Positions 45,520-59,716 of a stretch of DNA of 64,000 bases are shown here, piece after piece. Source of the stretch: the human T2T-CHM13v2.0 reference genome, Homo sapiens. Made by a program: the position numbers and the translations under genes. Location: NCBI RefSeq assembly GCF_009914755.1, contig NC_060925.1; one strand, written 5' to 3'. The stretch's first letter is position 1; every line of letters starts with the position of its first letter. Under the pieces are notes generated by a model, which saw only the letters and a program-made list of their open reading frames with translations, did not search any database and had not been told where the DNA came from.

Positions 45520-45896
45520 TGATAGGCTATGGATTTGTATCCCCACCCAAATCCCATGTTGAACTGTAATCCCCAATGTTGGAGGAGAGGCCTGGGGGGA
45601 GGTGCTTTGATCATGGAAGTGGATTTCCCCCTTGCTGTTCTTGTGGTAGTGAGTGAGTTCTCACAAGATCTGATTGTTTAGAAGCGTGCAGCACTTCCCT
45701 TTCACTCTCTTCCTCCTGCTCTGGCCATGTAGGATGTGCCTGTTTCCCCTTCCGCCATGATTGAAAGTTTCCCAAGGCCTCCCCAGCCATGCTTCCTGTA
45801 CAGCCTGCAGAACCGTGAGCCAATTAAACCTCTCTTTTCTATAAATTACCCAGTTTTAGGTATTTCTTTATAGCAGTGCAAGAACTGACTAATAAA
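45520..45896 (+). mobile_element. MSTA MaLR solo LTR
   Basis: tgataggctatggatttgtatccccacccaaat...aattaaacctctc...gactaata; 5-bp TSD AGCTG/GGCTG. Confidence 0.92.
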
Positions 45897-46072
45897 GGCT
45901 GAAAGAATATTATCCTGATAGCTCATATTCCACTACCCGTTTGCTGAACTACTTCTAAGTTAATTGCAGACATGACATTTCACTCCTGAACATGTCTACT
46001 TGTATCTCCAAAAAAGAAGGCACTTTCCTACATAACCTTAATACTGTTTTTACATTTAAGAAAATTAACTGA

Positions 46073-46408
<336 letters not shown>

Positions 46409-47932
46409 TCAATCCATATTCAAAATTTCTAAATTGTCAACAAAATATTGTTTGTGGCTTTTTTTCTGAAACAATCCAGCCAAACTTCGCACATTGGATT
46501 TGATTCTTTTGTTTCTTTAGCTATTTTATTCAAGAACAGTCCTCAACCTTTTTTTGCTCTTAACTTTGACTTTTTAAAAACATACCACATTAGTTTTCTT
46601 GTATAATGTCCCACATGTTAGATTTGTTTGTTTGTTTCCTTGTGGTGAGATTTAACTTATGACTATCCCATATATTTCCATTGGAAATATCTAAACAAGG
46701 GCTTGTTTAGATTTTGGTTAAATTGTTTTGGCAAAAATATTCCACAGATGATGTTACATACTTCATATTGCACAATATCAAGGGATCCCACTATAACAAC
46801 GCTAAATTTGGTCATATGATCAAAGTGCAACCACAGGATATTTCTATAGTAAAGTTATGTTTTTCCTTTGGATTGGCAAGTCGTGTGTAAGATGCCATTT
46901 GGCATCACAATAATGCTTTATTTTCCACCTACGTTTAATCTAATGGTCTTAGTAGACTTTCTTGATCCTTGTCTAATTTAATTATCTTGGGGGAATGGCA
47001 CAATGGTGATTTTCTATCTGTTTATAAGCTCACATTACTCTTTATAAAGAAGGACTTTCTTCTACCATCTGTAAATAAACATCGTTTACTTTAAAAAACA
47101 AAAAACAGAGGGGAGGTGGAGCAAGATGGCCAAAAAGAACCCTCCATTGATTGTCCTCCCTACAGGAACTCCAAATTGAAAAACTATTCACATAAGAAAG
47201 CACCTTCATAAAAACCAAAAAGCAGGTGAATGATAACAATACCTAGTTTTAAGATCATAACAAGAAAAGAGGCACTGAAGAGGAAAGGAAAGACAGTCTA
47301 GGATTGCCAGTACCGCCCCTCCCTGATTCCTGGGAGTAGCAGTGGCCATATGGTATGAATAGAATATCTGCACATCTCGGGGAGAGAGAGTGCAGTGATT
47401 GTGGGACTTGGCATTGTAACTTACTGCTGCCCTGTCACAGCAGAAAGCAACATGGGGCAGAATTCAGCCCAGGTCCACAGAGGGAGCATTTACACCAGAC
47501 CTAGACAAAGAGGAGTTGTCCAGGCCAGTGATCAAAACCTGAGTTCCAACTAACTCTGTCACTGTGGGCAGAGAAGAGGAGAGGGAAAAGTAAAGAGGAT
47601 TTTATCTTGCGAATTGGATACCTGTAGCTCAGCTACAGGCAGATTCCTGAGGCCCCCCATTCCAGGCCCTAAGTCCCAGACATTTCTAGACATACCCTGG
47701 GCCAGAAGGAGACCTGCTGCCTTGAAAGGAAGGCCATAGTCCTGGCACGATTAATCACCTGCTGACTCAAGGGCACTTTGAATAAACATCAGTAAACATC
47801 AACAGTTGCCAGGCAGCATTCACCATAAGCCTTGAGTGAGACCCAGTCTTCACTTCAGGTGTGACCCACCACATTCCCATCTGTGGTGGCTATAAGGAGG
47901 GTCTCCTTCTGCCTCAGTGAAAAAAAAAAAAA

Positions 47933-48299
<367 letters not shown>

Positions 48300-48345
48300 T
48301 CAGGCCTTGGCTCCTGGATAACATTTGTTAACCTGCCCTACATCA

Positions 48346-48504
<159 letters not shown>

Positions 48505-49157
48505 TTAAGGAAAGGAGAAAGGAAAGTGGGAAGAACTTTGTTTTGTGGCTTGAGGGCCAGCTCAGCCGCAGTAAAATAGAATTTCACGTAGATTCCTAAG
48601 GTTCCAGACTCCAGGTCCTGGCCCTTGGACAGCATTTCTGGACCTATCTCGGACCTGTGGGTAGCTTGCTGCTCTAAAGGGAAAGACACAAGTGTGGATG
48701 TTTTCAATACCTGCTGATTGTAGAACTCTGGGGCCTTGAGGGAACATTGGTGGTAGCCAGGAAGTGGTTACCTTGGGCAAGACTCAGTGCTGTGCTGGCT
48801 TCAGGTCTGACCTGGCATAGTTCCATATGCTTGTGTCACCCCTCCCCCAGCACTAGGCAGCTCAGCATGAAGGAAGAGAGACTCCATTTGTTTGGGGGAA
48901 AGTAAGAGAAGGAAACAAGAGTCTCTGTCTAGTAATCCAGAGAAATCTCCTGGATCTCACCAAAGACTAAGGAGGTACCTCTATGAGTCTGTAAGAGTCA
49001 CAACATTACTGCCCTTAGGGTGCCCCCTAAGGCAGATAGGGATACAGTGATCAAAGATGTAGATCACAACACACAATTTTCTTGAAAAGCCTTCCCAAGA
49101 CAGACAGGCACAAATAAGCCCAGACTACAACGACTACAATAAATATCTAACTCTTCA

Positions 49158-50123
49158 ATGCCCAGATATTGACAAACATCCACAAGCATCAGGGTCATCC
49201 AGGAAAACATGATCTCACCAAAGGAACTAAATAAGGCACCAAGGATCAACCTCAGAGTGACAGGGATATTAAGCCTTTTAGACAGACAATTCAAAATAGC
49301 TGTTTTGAGGAAGTTCAGTGAAATTCAAAATAAGACAGAGAAGGAATTCACAATCCTATCAGATAAATTTAACAAAAAGATTGAAATTTTTAAAAAAATG
49401 AAGCAGAAATTCTGGAGCTGAAAAACTCAGTAGACATAAAAGGAATGCATCAGAGTCTCTAACAGCAGAATTGATCAAGCAGAAGAAAGAATTAGTGAAC
49501 TCGAAGGCACTCTACTTGAAAATTTATACTCAGAGGAGACAAAAGAAAATAGAATAAAAAAGAATGAAGCCTTCCTACAAGATCTAGAAAATAGCCATAA
49601 AAAAGCAAATTAAAGACTTATTAGCCTTAGTGAGGAGGTAGAAAAAGAGAGATCAGGGTAGAAAGTTCATTTAAAAATAATAACAGAGAAATTTCCAAAC
49701 TTGGAGAAAGACATCAATATTCAAGTGCAAAAAGGTTTTAGAACATCAAGCAGATTTAACCAAGGGAAGACTACCTCAAGGCATTTAATAATCAAACTAC
49801 CAAAAGTCAAGGATAAAGAAAGGATTCTAAAAGCAGCAACAGAAAAGAAACAAATCACATACAAAAGAGCTCCAATATACCTGGAAGCAGACTTCTCAGT
49901 GGAAGCTTTACAGTCCAGGAGAGAGTGGCAAGGCATATTTAAAGTGCTGAAGGAAAAAAAAGCTTGTATTCTAGAAGAATATATCCAGTGAAAATATCCC
50001 TCAAACATGAAGGAGAAATAGACTTCCCAGACAAATAAAAACTGAGGGATTTTATCACAATCATATCTGTCCTACAAGAAATGCTAAAGGCAGTTCTTCT
50101 ATCTGAAAGAAAGGGATGTTAAT
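49158..50123 (+). pseudogene. L1 ORF1p remnant (frameshifts and stops)
   Basis: ORF fragments RQFKIAVLRKFSEIQ and RHLIIKLPKVKDKERILKAATEKKQITYK. Confidence 0.9.
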
Positions 50124-50767
50124 GAGCAATAAGAAAATATCTGGAGGTACAAAATTCACTGTAGTAGTAAGCACACAGTCAAACAGAATATTATAACACT
50201 GTAATTGTGGTGTTTAAACTACTTGTGTCTTGAGTAGAAGGACTAAAAGATGAATCTATCAAAAATAATAACTGTGACAACTCTTCAAGACAGAAACTGT
50301 ATAATAAGATATAAAAATGAACAGCAAAGAGTTAAAAAGTGGGAGGATGAAGCTAAAGTGTAGAGTTTGTTAGTTTTTTCTGTGCTTTTTTGTTTGTTTC
50401 TGCAATCAGAGTTAAGTTGTCCTCAGTTTAAAATAATGGGTTATAAGATATTATTTGCAAGCCTCCTATTAATCTCAAATCAAAAAAACTACAACAGATA
50501 CACAAAAAATAGAAAGATATTAAAATATACCACCAGAGAAAAATCACCTTCACAAAAAAAGGCAGGAAGGAAGAATGAGAAGACTACAAAACAACTTACA
50601 AACCAATAAGAAAATGGCAGGAGTAATCCTTACTTATCAATAACATTGAATGTAAATGGATTAAATTCTTCAATCAAAAGACACAGAGATGCTGAATACA
50701 TTTTTAAAAAGACCCAGTGATATGTTACCTACAAGAAACACACTTCATCTATAAAAACACACATAGA

Positions 50768-51108
50768 GGCCGGGCGTGGCACCTCACACCTGTAATCCTA
50801 GCACTTAGGGAGGCTGAGGCGGGTGGCTCTCCTGAGGTCAGGAGTTCAAGACCAGGCTGGCAAACATGGCAAAACCCTGGCTCTACTAAAAATACAAAAA
50901 AAAAAAAAATTAGCTGGGTGTGGTGATGGGCACATGTAATCCCAGCTACTTAGGAAGCTGAGGCAGGAGAATTGCTTGAATACGGGAGGTGGAGGTTGCA
51001 GTGAGTCAAGATCACAGCACCACACTCCAGCCTGGGTGTCAGAGTGAGACTCATCTCAAACAACAAAAACAAAAACAAAACCTCCTAAGAAAACAACAGC
51101 AAAAAAAA
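50768..51108 (+). mobile_element. AluSx-like in L1 ORF2
   Basis: TSD aaaaacacacataga (50753-67) / aaaaacacgcataga (51109-23). Confidence 0.93.
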
Positions 51109-52174
51109 AAAAACACGCATAGACTGAAAATAAAGGGATAGAAAAAGATATTACATGCAAATAGAAACCAAAAAAGAGAAAAAGTAGCTACATTTATATT
51201 AGACAAGATAGATTTCAAGACAAAACTATAAAAAAGAGACAAAGAAGTTCATTTATGTAATGATAAAGGAGTCAATTCAGTTAGAGGACATAGCAATTGT
51301 AAATATATATGCACCCAATACTGGTCCTCTCAGATATATAAAGCAACTTGTATTAGAACTAAAGAGATAGACCACAATACAATAATAGGTGAAGATTTCA
51401 ACGTCCTGTTTCAGCATTGGATTGATCATTCAGACAGAAAATCAACAAAGAAACATTAGACTTAATCTGCACTATAGACCAAATGGACCTAATAGATATT
51501 TACAGAACACTTTATTCAATGGCTGCAGAATACACATTCTTCTCCTCAGCCCATGGACCATTTTCAAGGACAGACCATATGTTAGGTCACAAAACAAGTG
51601 TGAATGAATTTTAAAAAATTAAAATCATATCAAGTATCTTCTCTGACCACAATGGAACAAAATTAGAAATCAATAATAAGAGAATGTTTGGAAACCATGC
51701 AAACACATGAAATTTAAACATGTTCCTGAATGACAAGTAGGTCAATGAAGAAATTAAGAAGAAAATTTACTAATTCCTTGAAACTAATGCAAATACCAAA
51801 CAAAACATACCAAAACCTATAGGATAAAGTGAAAGCAGTACTAAGATGAAAGTTTATAGCAAGAAGTACCTAAATCAAAAAGTAGAAAAACTTCAAATAA
51901 ACAACCCAACTATGCATCTTAAAGAATTAGGAAATCAAGAGTAAGCAAAACCCAAAATAAAAGGGTTTAGTAGAAGAAAAGATATAATAAAGACCAGAGT
52001 AGAAATAAATGAGATTGAAACAAGAAACCCACAAAAGATTAACAAAATAAAAAGTTGGTTTTTTGAAAAGTTAAAATTGACAAACATTTAGCCAGACTAA
52101 GTGATAAAAAATGAGAGAATACCCAAATAAATAAAATCAGAGACTAAAAAGGATACATTAAAACTAATATCACA

Positions 52175-52547
<373 letters not shown>

Positions 52548-53665
52548 CTAGAAAAAAATAGATGAATTCCTAGACACATGCAACCTACCAATATTGAACT
52601 ATGAAGAAATCCAAAACCTGAATAAACCAATAACAAGTAATGAGACTGAAGCTGTAATAAAAAGTATCCCAGCAAAAAAAGCCCAGGACCCAATGGTTCA
52701 CTGCTGAATTTTGCAAACATTTAAAGGAGAGCTAATACCAATCCTACTCAAACTATTCCAAAAAATAGAGGAAGAAGCAATACTTCCAAACTCATTCTAG
52801 AAGCCGGTATTACCCTCATGATAAATCCAGAAAAAGACACATCAAGAAAGGAAAACTATAGCCCAATCTCTCTGGTGAACATTGATGCAAAAATCCTCAA
52901 CAAAATACTAGCAAGCTGAATTTAGTAACTTACTAAAAAGATCATTCATCATGACCAAGTGGGATTTATCACTGGAATGCAAGCATGATTCAACATATGC
53001 AAATCAATGTGATACATCATATCAACAGAATGAAGGACAAAAACCATATAATCATTTCCATTGATGCTGAAAAAGCATTAGATAAAATTCAATATCCCTA
53101 GATGATAAAAATCTTCAGAAAACTGGGCATAGAAGGATCATATTTCAACACAATAAAAGCCATCTATGGCAGACCCACAGCCAGTATCATACTGAATGAA
53201 GAAAAACTGAAAGCCTTTCCTCTATGATGTTGAACATGACAAATACGCCCACTTTCACAACTGTTATTTAACATAGTACTGGAATTCCTAGGTAGAGCAA
53301 TCAGATAAGAGAAAGAAATAAAGGGCCTCCAAACTAGGAAGCAAGAAGTAAAATTATCCTGTTTGCAGATGATATGATTTTTATACCTGAAAACACCTAA
53401 AGACTCCACCAAAAAACTATAAGAACTGATAAATTCAGTCAACTTGAGGGATACAAAATATAAAAATTAGTAGTGTTTCTATATGCTAACAGCAAACAAT
53501 CTGAAGAAGAAATCAAGAAAGTAATCCCATTTATAATAACTACAAACAAAATTAAATACCTAGGAATAAACTTAAAGAAGTGAAAGATTTCTGCAATGAA
53601 AACTATAAAAAATTGCTGCAAGAAATTGAAGACACAAAAAATGGAAAGAATTTTCCATGCTCATG

Positions 53666-53914
53666 TGTAGCAGGACCGGTCACAGACAAAACCTCTTGGG
53701 CACTGGTTTTAGGAAGGAATAGGCTTTAATTGGCTGGGAGCATCAGTAGACTCAGGTCTCAAGATCCGAGCTCCCTGAAGTAAAGATTCCTGTCTCTTTT
53801 AAGGGCTTACAAATCTAAGGGGTCCACGTGAAAGGGTCGTGATACATTGTGCAAGTGGGGGCTACATGACTGAGGGCTACATGCATCAGTGATGGGGGCT
53901 AGCAGAATAGAACA
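53666..53914 (-). repeat. 3' LTR, upstream part of U3 deleted
   Basis: Aligns without gaps to 59717-59965 (29 mismatches in 249 bp by hand count); ATTAAA poly(A) signal at 53725-30. Confidence 0.93.
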
Positions 53915-54135
53915 TTCCCTGGGCTACACACTTTACACTGAGTGGCATTATATAAGTAAGTCCCTAGACATTCATAATAACTATAAAACAGAAAGATTGT
54001 TTTAACTTGTTGCCCTACCTCAGTAATCTGATGAATACACTGGGTACAGTCCTCCATGTGGGGAAAATCAGCTGAAGTTCTTACTGTACAAGTCCAAATT
54101 TTGAGAAAAATGAGTCCCACGATGAGTTTCCTCAT
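53899..54135 (-). pseudogene. env: Truncated HERV-E env (signal peptide plus SU N-terminus, 78 aa, ends in the LTR)
   Basis: MRKLIVGLIFLKIWTCTVRTS...CTQCIHQITEVG...YECLG...CKVCSPGN, then LTR-derived VLFC*. Confidence 0.8.
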
Positions 54136-54189
54136 GCTTTGACCGTGCGTAGACAAGTCAGCTTCTGGGTGTGACTGGAATGGGGCTTG

Positions 54190-57100
54190 TCGTCTTTTTC
54201 AGAGTCACTTTGCAGGGATTGTCTGGGCTTGGTCTCACCTCCGAGGTCTCAGGTGCTGTGGGTTTCACGGGGCTGTGGTGGATCCAGGCTGGAATTCCTT
54301 CTACCTTCACGGCGGTGGGGGTGGTCAGGATGATGGTCTGGGGTCCTTTCCATCACAGCCGCAAAGGGGCTATTTTCCAGTTTTTGATCCACACTCGATC
54401 ACCTGGGGAGAAAGGGTGAACTGGGGAGAATAAGCTAAGGGGCATCTTTCATTTACCCAGACCAAAATTGTTTGTGTAACTTTTCCTAAAGCCTGTACCT
54501 GTCGCTGTAACTCAATTTCTCCTAGCTCTTGAGGAGTGCCTGGAAGCCACTGTAATATGGGAGGGGGTCTATGATACAATATCTCATAAGAGGAATATCC
54601 CGTTCTTTTAGAAGAGGTGCCACCTGATCTTAAACAGTACCATGGGGAGAGCCTGTACCCACTTTAAACCTGTTTCTTGACACACTTTCCCTAAACTATT
54701 TTTGATAGTCCGATTCATCCACTCCACTTTTCTGGAACTCTGAGGTCGATAGGCGGCATGCAGTTTCCATGTGATCCCCAATACTTTTGTTGTCTTCTGT
54801 ACCAAGTCAGCCACAAATGCCGGCCCATTGTCCGAGCCGATCCATAAGGGCAGTCCAAACCTAGGGATGAGATCTCGGAGAAACACACAGGTTACTTCAT
54901 GAGCTTTTTCAGTTCATGTTGGATAGGCCTCTACCCACCCAGAGTATGTACACACTAGAACCAGCAGATACTTGTTACCTCCACATTTGGGCATCTCAGT
55001 GAAGTCTACTTGGAGATTTTCAAAGGGGGCTGCTCCATAAGCTTGTATGCCAGGCGGGACGGTTGGACCCTGCCTAGCATTGTGCTGCCCGCAGGTGACA
55101 CATTGCTGTGTTATTATTTTGGTAAGGGCTGACAGATGTAAAATGTAGAAGTACCAGCCTAACAACTTTCCAAGTGACTCTTGGCCTAGATGGGTGGTCT
55201 CATGCACAGCCAACACAACTGCGGCCCCTAGTAGCTATGGCACGGCTACTCTTCCGTCTGGTAACCGGATCCATCCTTCCTTTATCGCTTGTCTCCTTTC
55301 TGCCTGGAAAAAGTCTATTTCCTCTTTAGAATAAGTAGGCACTAGATGGGGTGCCTGAGGGAGCAGGCGGGCTATGACTGGTACTCGGTAGGGGGTGGAC
55401 GCTGCTTTGCGAGCTTCTGAGTCTGCTTGAGAATTTCCTTCAATTAGCTCCAAGGCCTGAGTTAAAGCAATGAGTTCGGCCTTCTAGGCTGAAGTTCCCT
55501 GAGGCAGCAGTTTGGCTTCAAATACCAGTGTCCCAGGTTACCACTGCATACCCAGCCCACCTCTTTCCCTGTGAGTTAATGAAGCTGCTTCCGTCCACAT
55601 CCAGCTCCCAGTCTACAGACATCCAAGGTTGGTCCCGGAGGTCGGGTCTGCTAGAATAAACTGAGCCCAACACCTCTACACAGTCATGTTTAACTGGGCT
55701 CTCTGAAACTGGGAGCAAGGTGGCGGGGTTCAAAGTGTTACAAACTTCAATGGTTTTATGGGGATTTTCACAGAGCAAGCTTTGGTACTTAGTTAGCTTA
55801 GCATTTGTTAGCCAATGATGTCCTTTGGTATTCATTAAAGTCACCACAGCATGGGGGGGTCTTTATGTTCAAGTTTTGCCCAAGGGTTAGTTTATCTGCT
55901 TCTTGCACTAGCAGGGCAGTTGCTGCCAAGGTTCTCCAACATGGGGCTACCCTTTAGAAACCCCGTCTAGTTGCTTGGAGAGATATGCCACCGGCCTTGG
56001 CGAAGGCCCTACAGCCTGGGTTAAAACTCCAACTGCCATTTTTTCTCTCTATGACACATACAGTGTAAAAGGCTTTGTCAGATCCAGTAGCCCCAGGGCT
56101 GGGGCTGACATAAGTTTTTCTTTTAACTCATGAAAAGCTCGCTGTTGTTGGGATCCCCATTCAAAAGGTTCTGTGTCACCCCTCTCTTTGTAACTTGATA
56201 CAGAGGTTTGGCCAGTACTGCAAAGCTTGGGATCCATAACCTGCATAACCCCACAGCGCCTAAGATTTCTCTCACTTGTCTCCTAGTCTTAGGCTCCGGT
56301 AGGCTGCAAATGATCTGCTTTCTTTCTGATCCCAGGCTGCACTCCCCCTGTTGGATAGTGAATCCCAGATAGTGCGCCTGCTGTCTGCAGATCTGAGCTT
56401 TCTTCTTGGACACCTTATACCCACAGTCCTCCAGGTGCCGAAGCAGGGCGTCTGTGCCTTCAGTGCACCCGATTGCCATGGGGTGTCCCAGCAGGAGGTT
56501 GTCCACATACTGGAGCAAGACGCAGCCTAAGTCTGGGGAACTTGGGGAGGTCTTGAGCTAGTGCCTCCCCGAAGATGGTGGAGGAGTTCTTGAACCCTTG
56601 GGGAAGCTGGGTCCAAGTGTACTGAGTGGTGATACCTGATCCTGGATCCTCTCACTGAAAGGCAGTTTCTGGCTCTCCAGAGCTAATCTGATACTGAAGA
56701 AGGCATCCTTCAGGTCTAGGCAGGTGGACCAGCTTTCCTCAGCTGGCAATAACCCCAGCAATGTGTACGGGTTAGGTACAATTGGATGTAAAGTCACTGT
56801 GGCTTGATTGACCAAGTGCAAGTCCTGTACTGTCCTGTAGTCCTTGGTCCCTGGCTTGGGAACAGGTAGGAGGGGGGTGTTCCATGGAGACTGATAAGGC
56901 ACTATAATTCCAAAAGTGCTCAGGTGCTTAAAATGAACTTGGATACCTTCCAGGGCGTCTCTGGGGACTGGATACTGTTTTTGGCTGACTGGCTTAACTT
57001 CTATGAGTACAGGAGCTTGACTGGCTGCCAATCTGGAGGGACTGTCTTCTGCCCAGACTTTTGGCCACCTCTGGGCCAGAGCTGGCCCTGTCTCTTTGCC

Positions 57101-57511
57101 TGGTTCAGTTAGGAAGAGTCGCCACTCTTCCTCTCTGGGAACTGTCAGGGCCATGATAACTCCTGTTCTGGGCAAATTCCGTTGTAAAGAGCCTTGCTTT
57201 GTAAAGGAGATAGTAGCTCTCAGCTTGCTAAGCAGCTCCCTTCCTAACAAAGGCAAGGGGTAGTCAGGCAGGTACAGAAACTGGTGAATCACTTCATGTC
57301 CCCCCACTTAGCAGGTCCGGGGCAAACAGAAAGGCTGCTTTGTTGAAACTCCTGTTGCTCCGATTATATCAATAGTCTTTTTAGATAAGGGGGCGACCGG
57401 GGTGGTCACTACTGAATGTTCAGCACCAGTATCGAACATAAACTTAATGTCCTTGCCCCCAACTGTCATTCTGACCATGGGCTCCTTGGGGGCACTTGAG
57501 CCCAGTCCCCT
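54190..57511 (-). pseudogene. pol: HERV-E pro-pol remnant (PR, RT, RNase H, IN)
   Basis: FDTGAEHSV; SPWNTPLLPV, LDLKDAFF, LQYVDN; VDGSS; HHCC (HETTHLG..CVTC), QVDFTEM, GSDNGPAF, AYRPQSS. Many stops and frameshifts. Confidence 0.93.
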
Positions 57512-59108
57512 TCAGTCCAGCAACCCCTCAGCCAGATTGAACAAATCTCCTTCATCCTTTTCTGGGGTCTTTTGCTCCAAACCAGCTTGCTTTTCTTTCA
57601 GCTGAGGGCACTTATCTTTCCAATGTCCTGTCTCTTTACAATAGACGCACTGGTTGCATTGCAAGTGTGGATGGTCAGACTGGGTATTTTTCCCGGAGCC
57701 CCCCTTCCCTTGTCCTTATGGGAGACCCCTCTAATAGCTGCAGCTAGTAGGTCAGCGTTTCACCAGGCTTGGCATTCACCTTCTTTGCGGCTCTCTCTGC
57801 GGCTCGTTGCATCTCCATTTACAAACACTTGGTTGGCTATTTCCAGTAATTGTGATGTATTCACACCCGCAAACCCAGCCTGTTTCTGCGGCTTTCTCCT
57901 AATATCCTCTGCGCTTTGACTAACTAAGGCCATGTTAATCATGCGCTGATTTCCAGGGCTGTCTGGGTCAAAGGGAGTGTAGATGTGATAGGCCTCACAC
58001 AGTCTCTCATAAAAGTGCGCTGGACTTTCTTCCTTTCCTTGGATAACCTCAGAGACTGTTTATGTTTGTGGCCTTTTGGGCTCCTCTCCTCAACCCTTCT
58101 AAGAGTGCTTCCCTATACCGATTTAGCCTTTGCATGCCTTCTGTCTCGTTTGGATCCCATTGAGGGTCAGTTCCTGGTAGCTGGATCCTTACATACTCTT
58201 GGGGGTTCTGATAATCAGCTGGAACATGCTCTTCCAGCCACTTAGTTGCTGCCTGGAGCACTCTCCTCCTCTCATCCGTGTTAAAGAGGTACATGAGCAA
58301 CTAGTGGCAATCAGCCCAAGTGGGGTTATGAATTCGGATAATAGTTTGGAGAAAGTCAATCAGAGCTTGTGGCTTTTTGGTATAGGATGGGGTGTTATTT
58401 TTCCAACTGAGGAGATTGGCAGAGGTAAAAGATTGGTACAAAAAGGCACGCCTTTCTACCATATGTCCCTCCTTGTTTACCCCAGTATACCATTGCCTTC
58501 TTAGGGGCATTTGTATCCCAGTTTTAGGTCGCAAGGAAGCCACCAAGGGAGGGGTTTCTCCCGAGACTTCACATCCTCTTCTGTCTACTCTAGTGGCTTT
58601 GGGGTGCGTGTACCTTGTAGAGGCTCTGGTGCTGTGGGCTCCAATGTGGGGAGCCTCTCTTCTTGGTAAGGGGCGGGGGCATCACTGGTGCCATTTCCTG
58701 CCATGTATCCTCTGATGTTGGGTCGGACAGAACTTTAGGAGCTGACTTCCCTTGGCAGGTGGAGCAAGATTTCTCCTTGGCTATCTGTCCCTTTGCTACT
58801 AGTACTGCTGCTGACTGTCCTCTTAGCCACTGTGGGGGGTCTAAAACTAGCTGTGACCAAGTATCTATGTATGGAAACTGATCTGGGTGTCCTGATTTAC
58901 CAGTTCCTTTGTGTCATACCTTTGAAACTAGAGACCTGTCTAGGCTTCCTTCTGATGGCCATCCCACCTCTAATGCCGGCCAATCTACCTCACACAAAGC
59001 CTTAAGCTTTCCAGGTGTCATAGCAATTCCATAGTCCCCATTGAATCTTTTCTTGAAATTCCTTAACATAGTTCCAAACATGGTAGGCTTACTCTGTGTT
59101 TTACCCAT
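57512..59108 (-). pseudogene. gag: HERV-E gag remnant
   Basis: MGKTQSKP (myristoylation G2)...DWPALEVGWPSEGSLD; capsid WKNNTPSY/HNPTWADC; CCHC QCVYCKETGHWKDKC; TGA at 57512-14 before the protease. Confidence 0.92.
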
Positions 59109-59693
59109 TTTCCTCTCTCAGGGGACAAAGTGACACTCTTACTACAAAGAGAGAAGGGAAAAGGGGCAAAAAGTCACTCACTCACCAAGCAATTCATACC
59201 AAATCAAAATTAAAACTAAAACCAAAGGACGGATAAGGAGTTACTCATTCATCAAGCAATTTGAGCCAAGTCAGAACCGAAATAAAAGCCAAAACAGTTC
59301 AAATCTAAAAGTCAGAACCGAAATCAAAGCCAAAACAGTTCAAATCCAGTCAAAATCAAAACCAAAACCAACGTGCTCATAAAGGCACGCTGTGGGTGAT
59401 TAGGCCATGCTTCCACTCAGATGGAGTGGGCAAGTTCCAAGACCAGTCTTACCATGTTCCAGAAGTCAGGACTTCAAGCACTGATTCCTCCCGGTGTTCA
59501 GCCACTGCATTAATCCTCCGTGGGGGTCTGCAGCACACCCGTCTGGCGAGGCATTCCAGTGGGGCCATTGCCTACCCAGAGCACTCTCAGGATCCACGTC
59601 GCTTAAGCTGGCCGGAGTCCCCCGCAGGGATGCTCCACAGGGCAGGCCTAAGCTGCCTAAGGGGCTGCCTCAACTGTCTGTTAATCACCTGGC

Positions 59694-59711
59694 TTCCTGG
59701 TCAGGAAACCA
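59694..59711 (-). promoter_or_regulatory. Primer-binding site complementary to tRNA-Glu
   Basis: TGGTTTCCTGACCAGGAA matches TGGTTCCCTGACCGGGAA (tRNA-Glu 3' complement) at 16/18, 5 nt from the 5' LTR. Confidence 0.9.
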
Positions 59712-59716
59712 AGAAA

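Noticed and set aside
56558-57307. Longest ORF (249 aa) as a functional gene
   Set aside because: It is a PR/RT fragment that starts after the protease DTG and frameshifts before YxDD, which is itself mutated.
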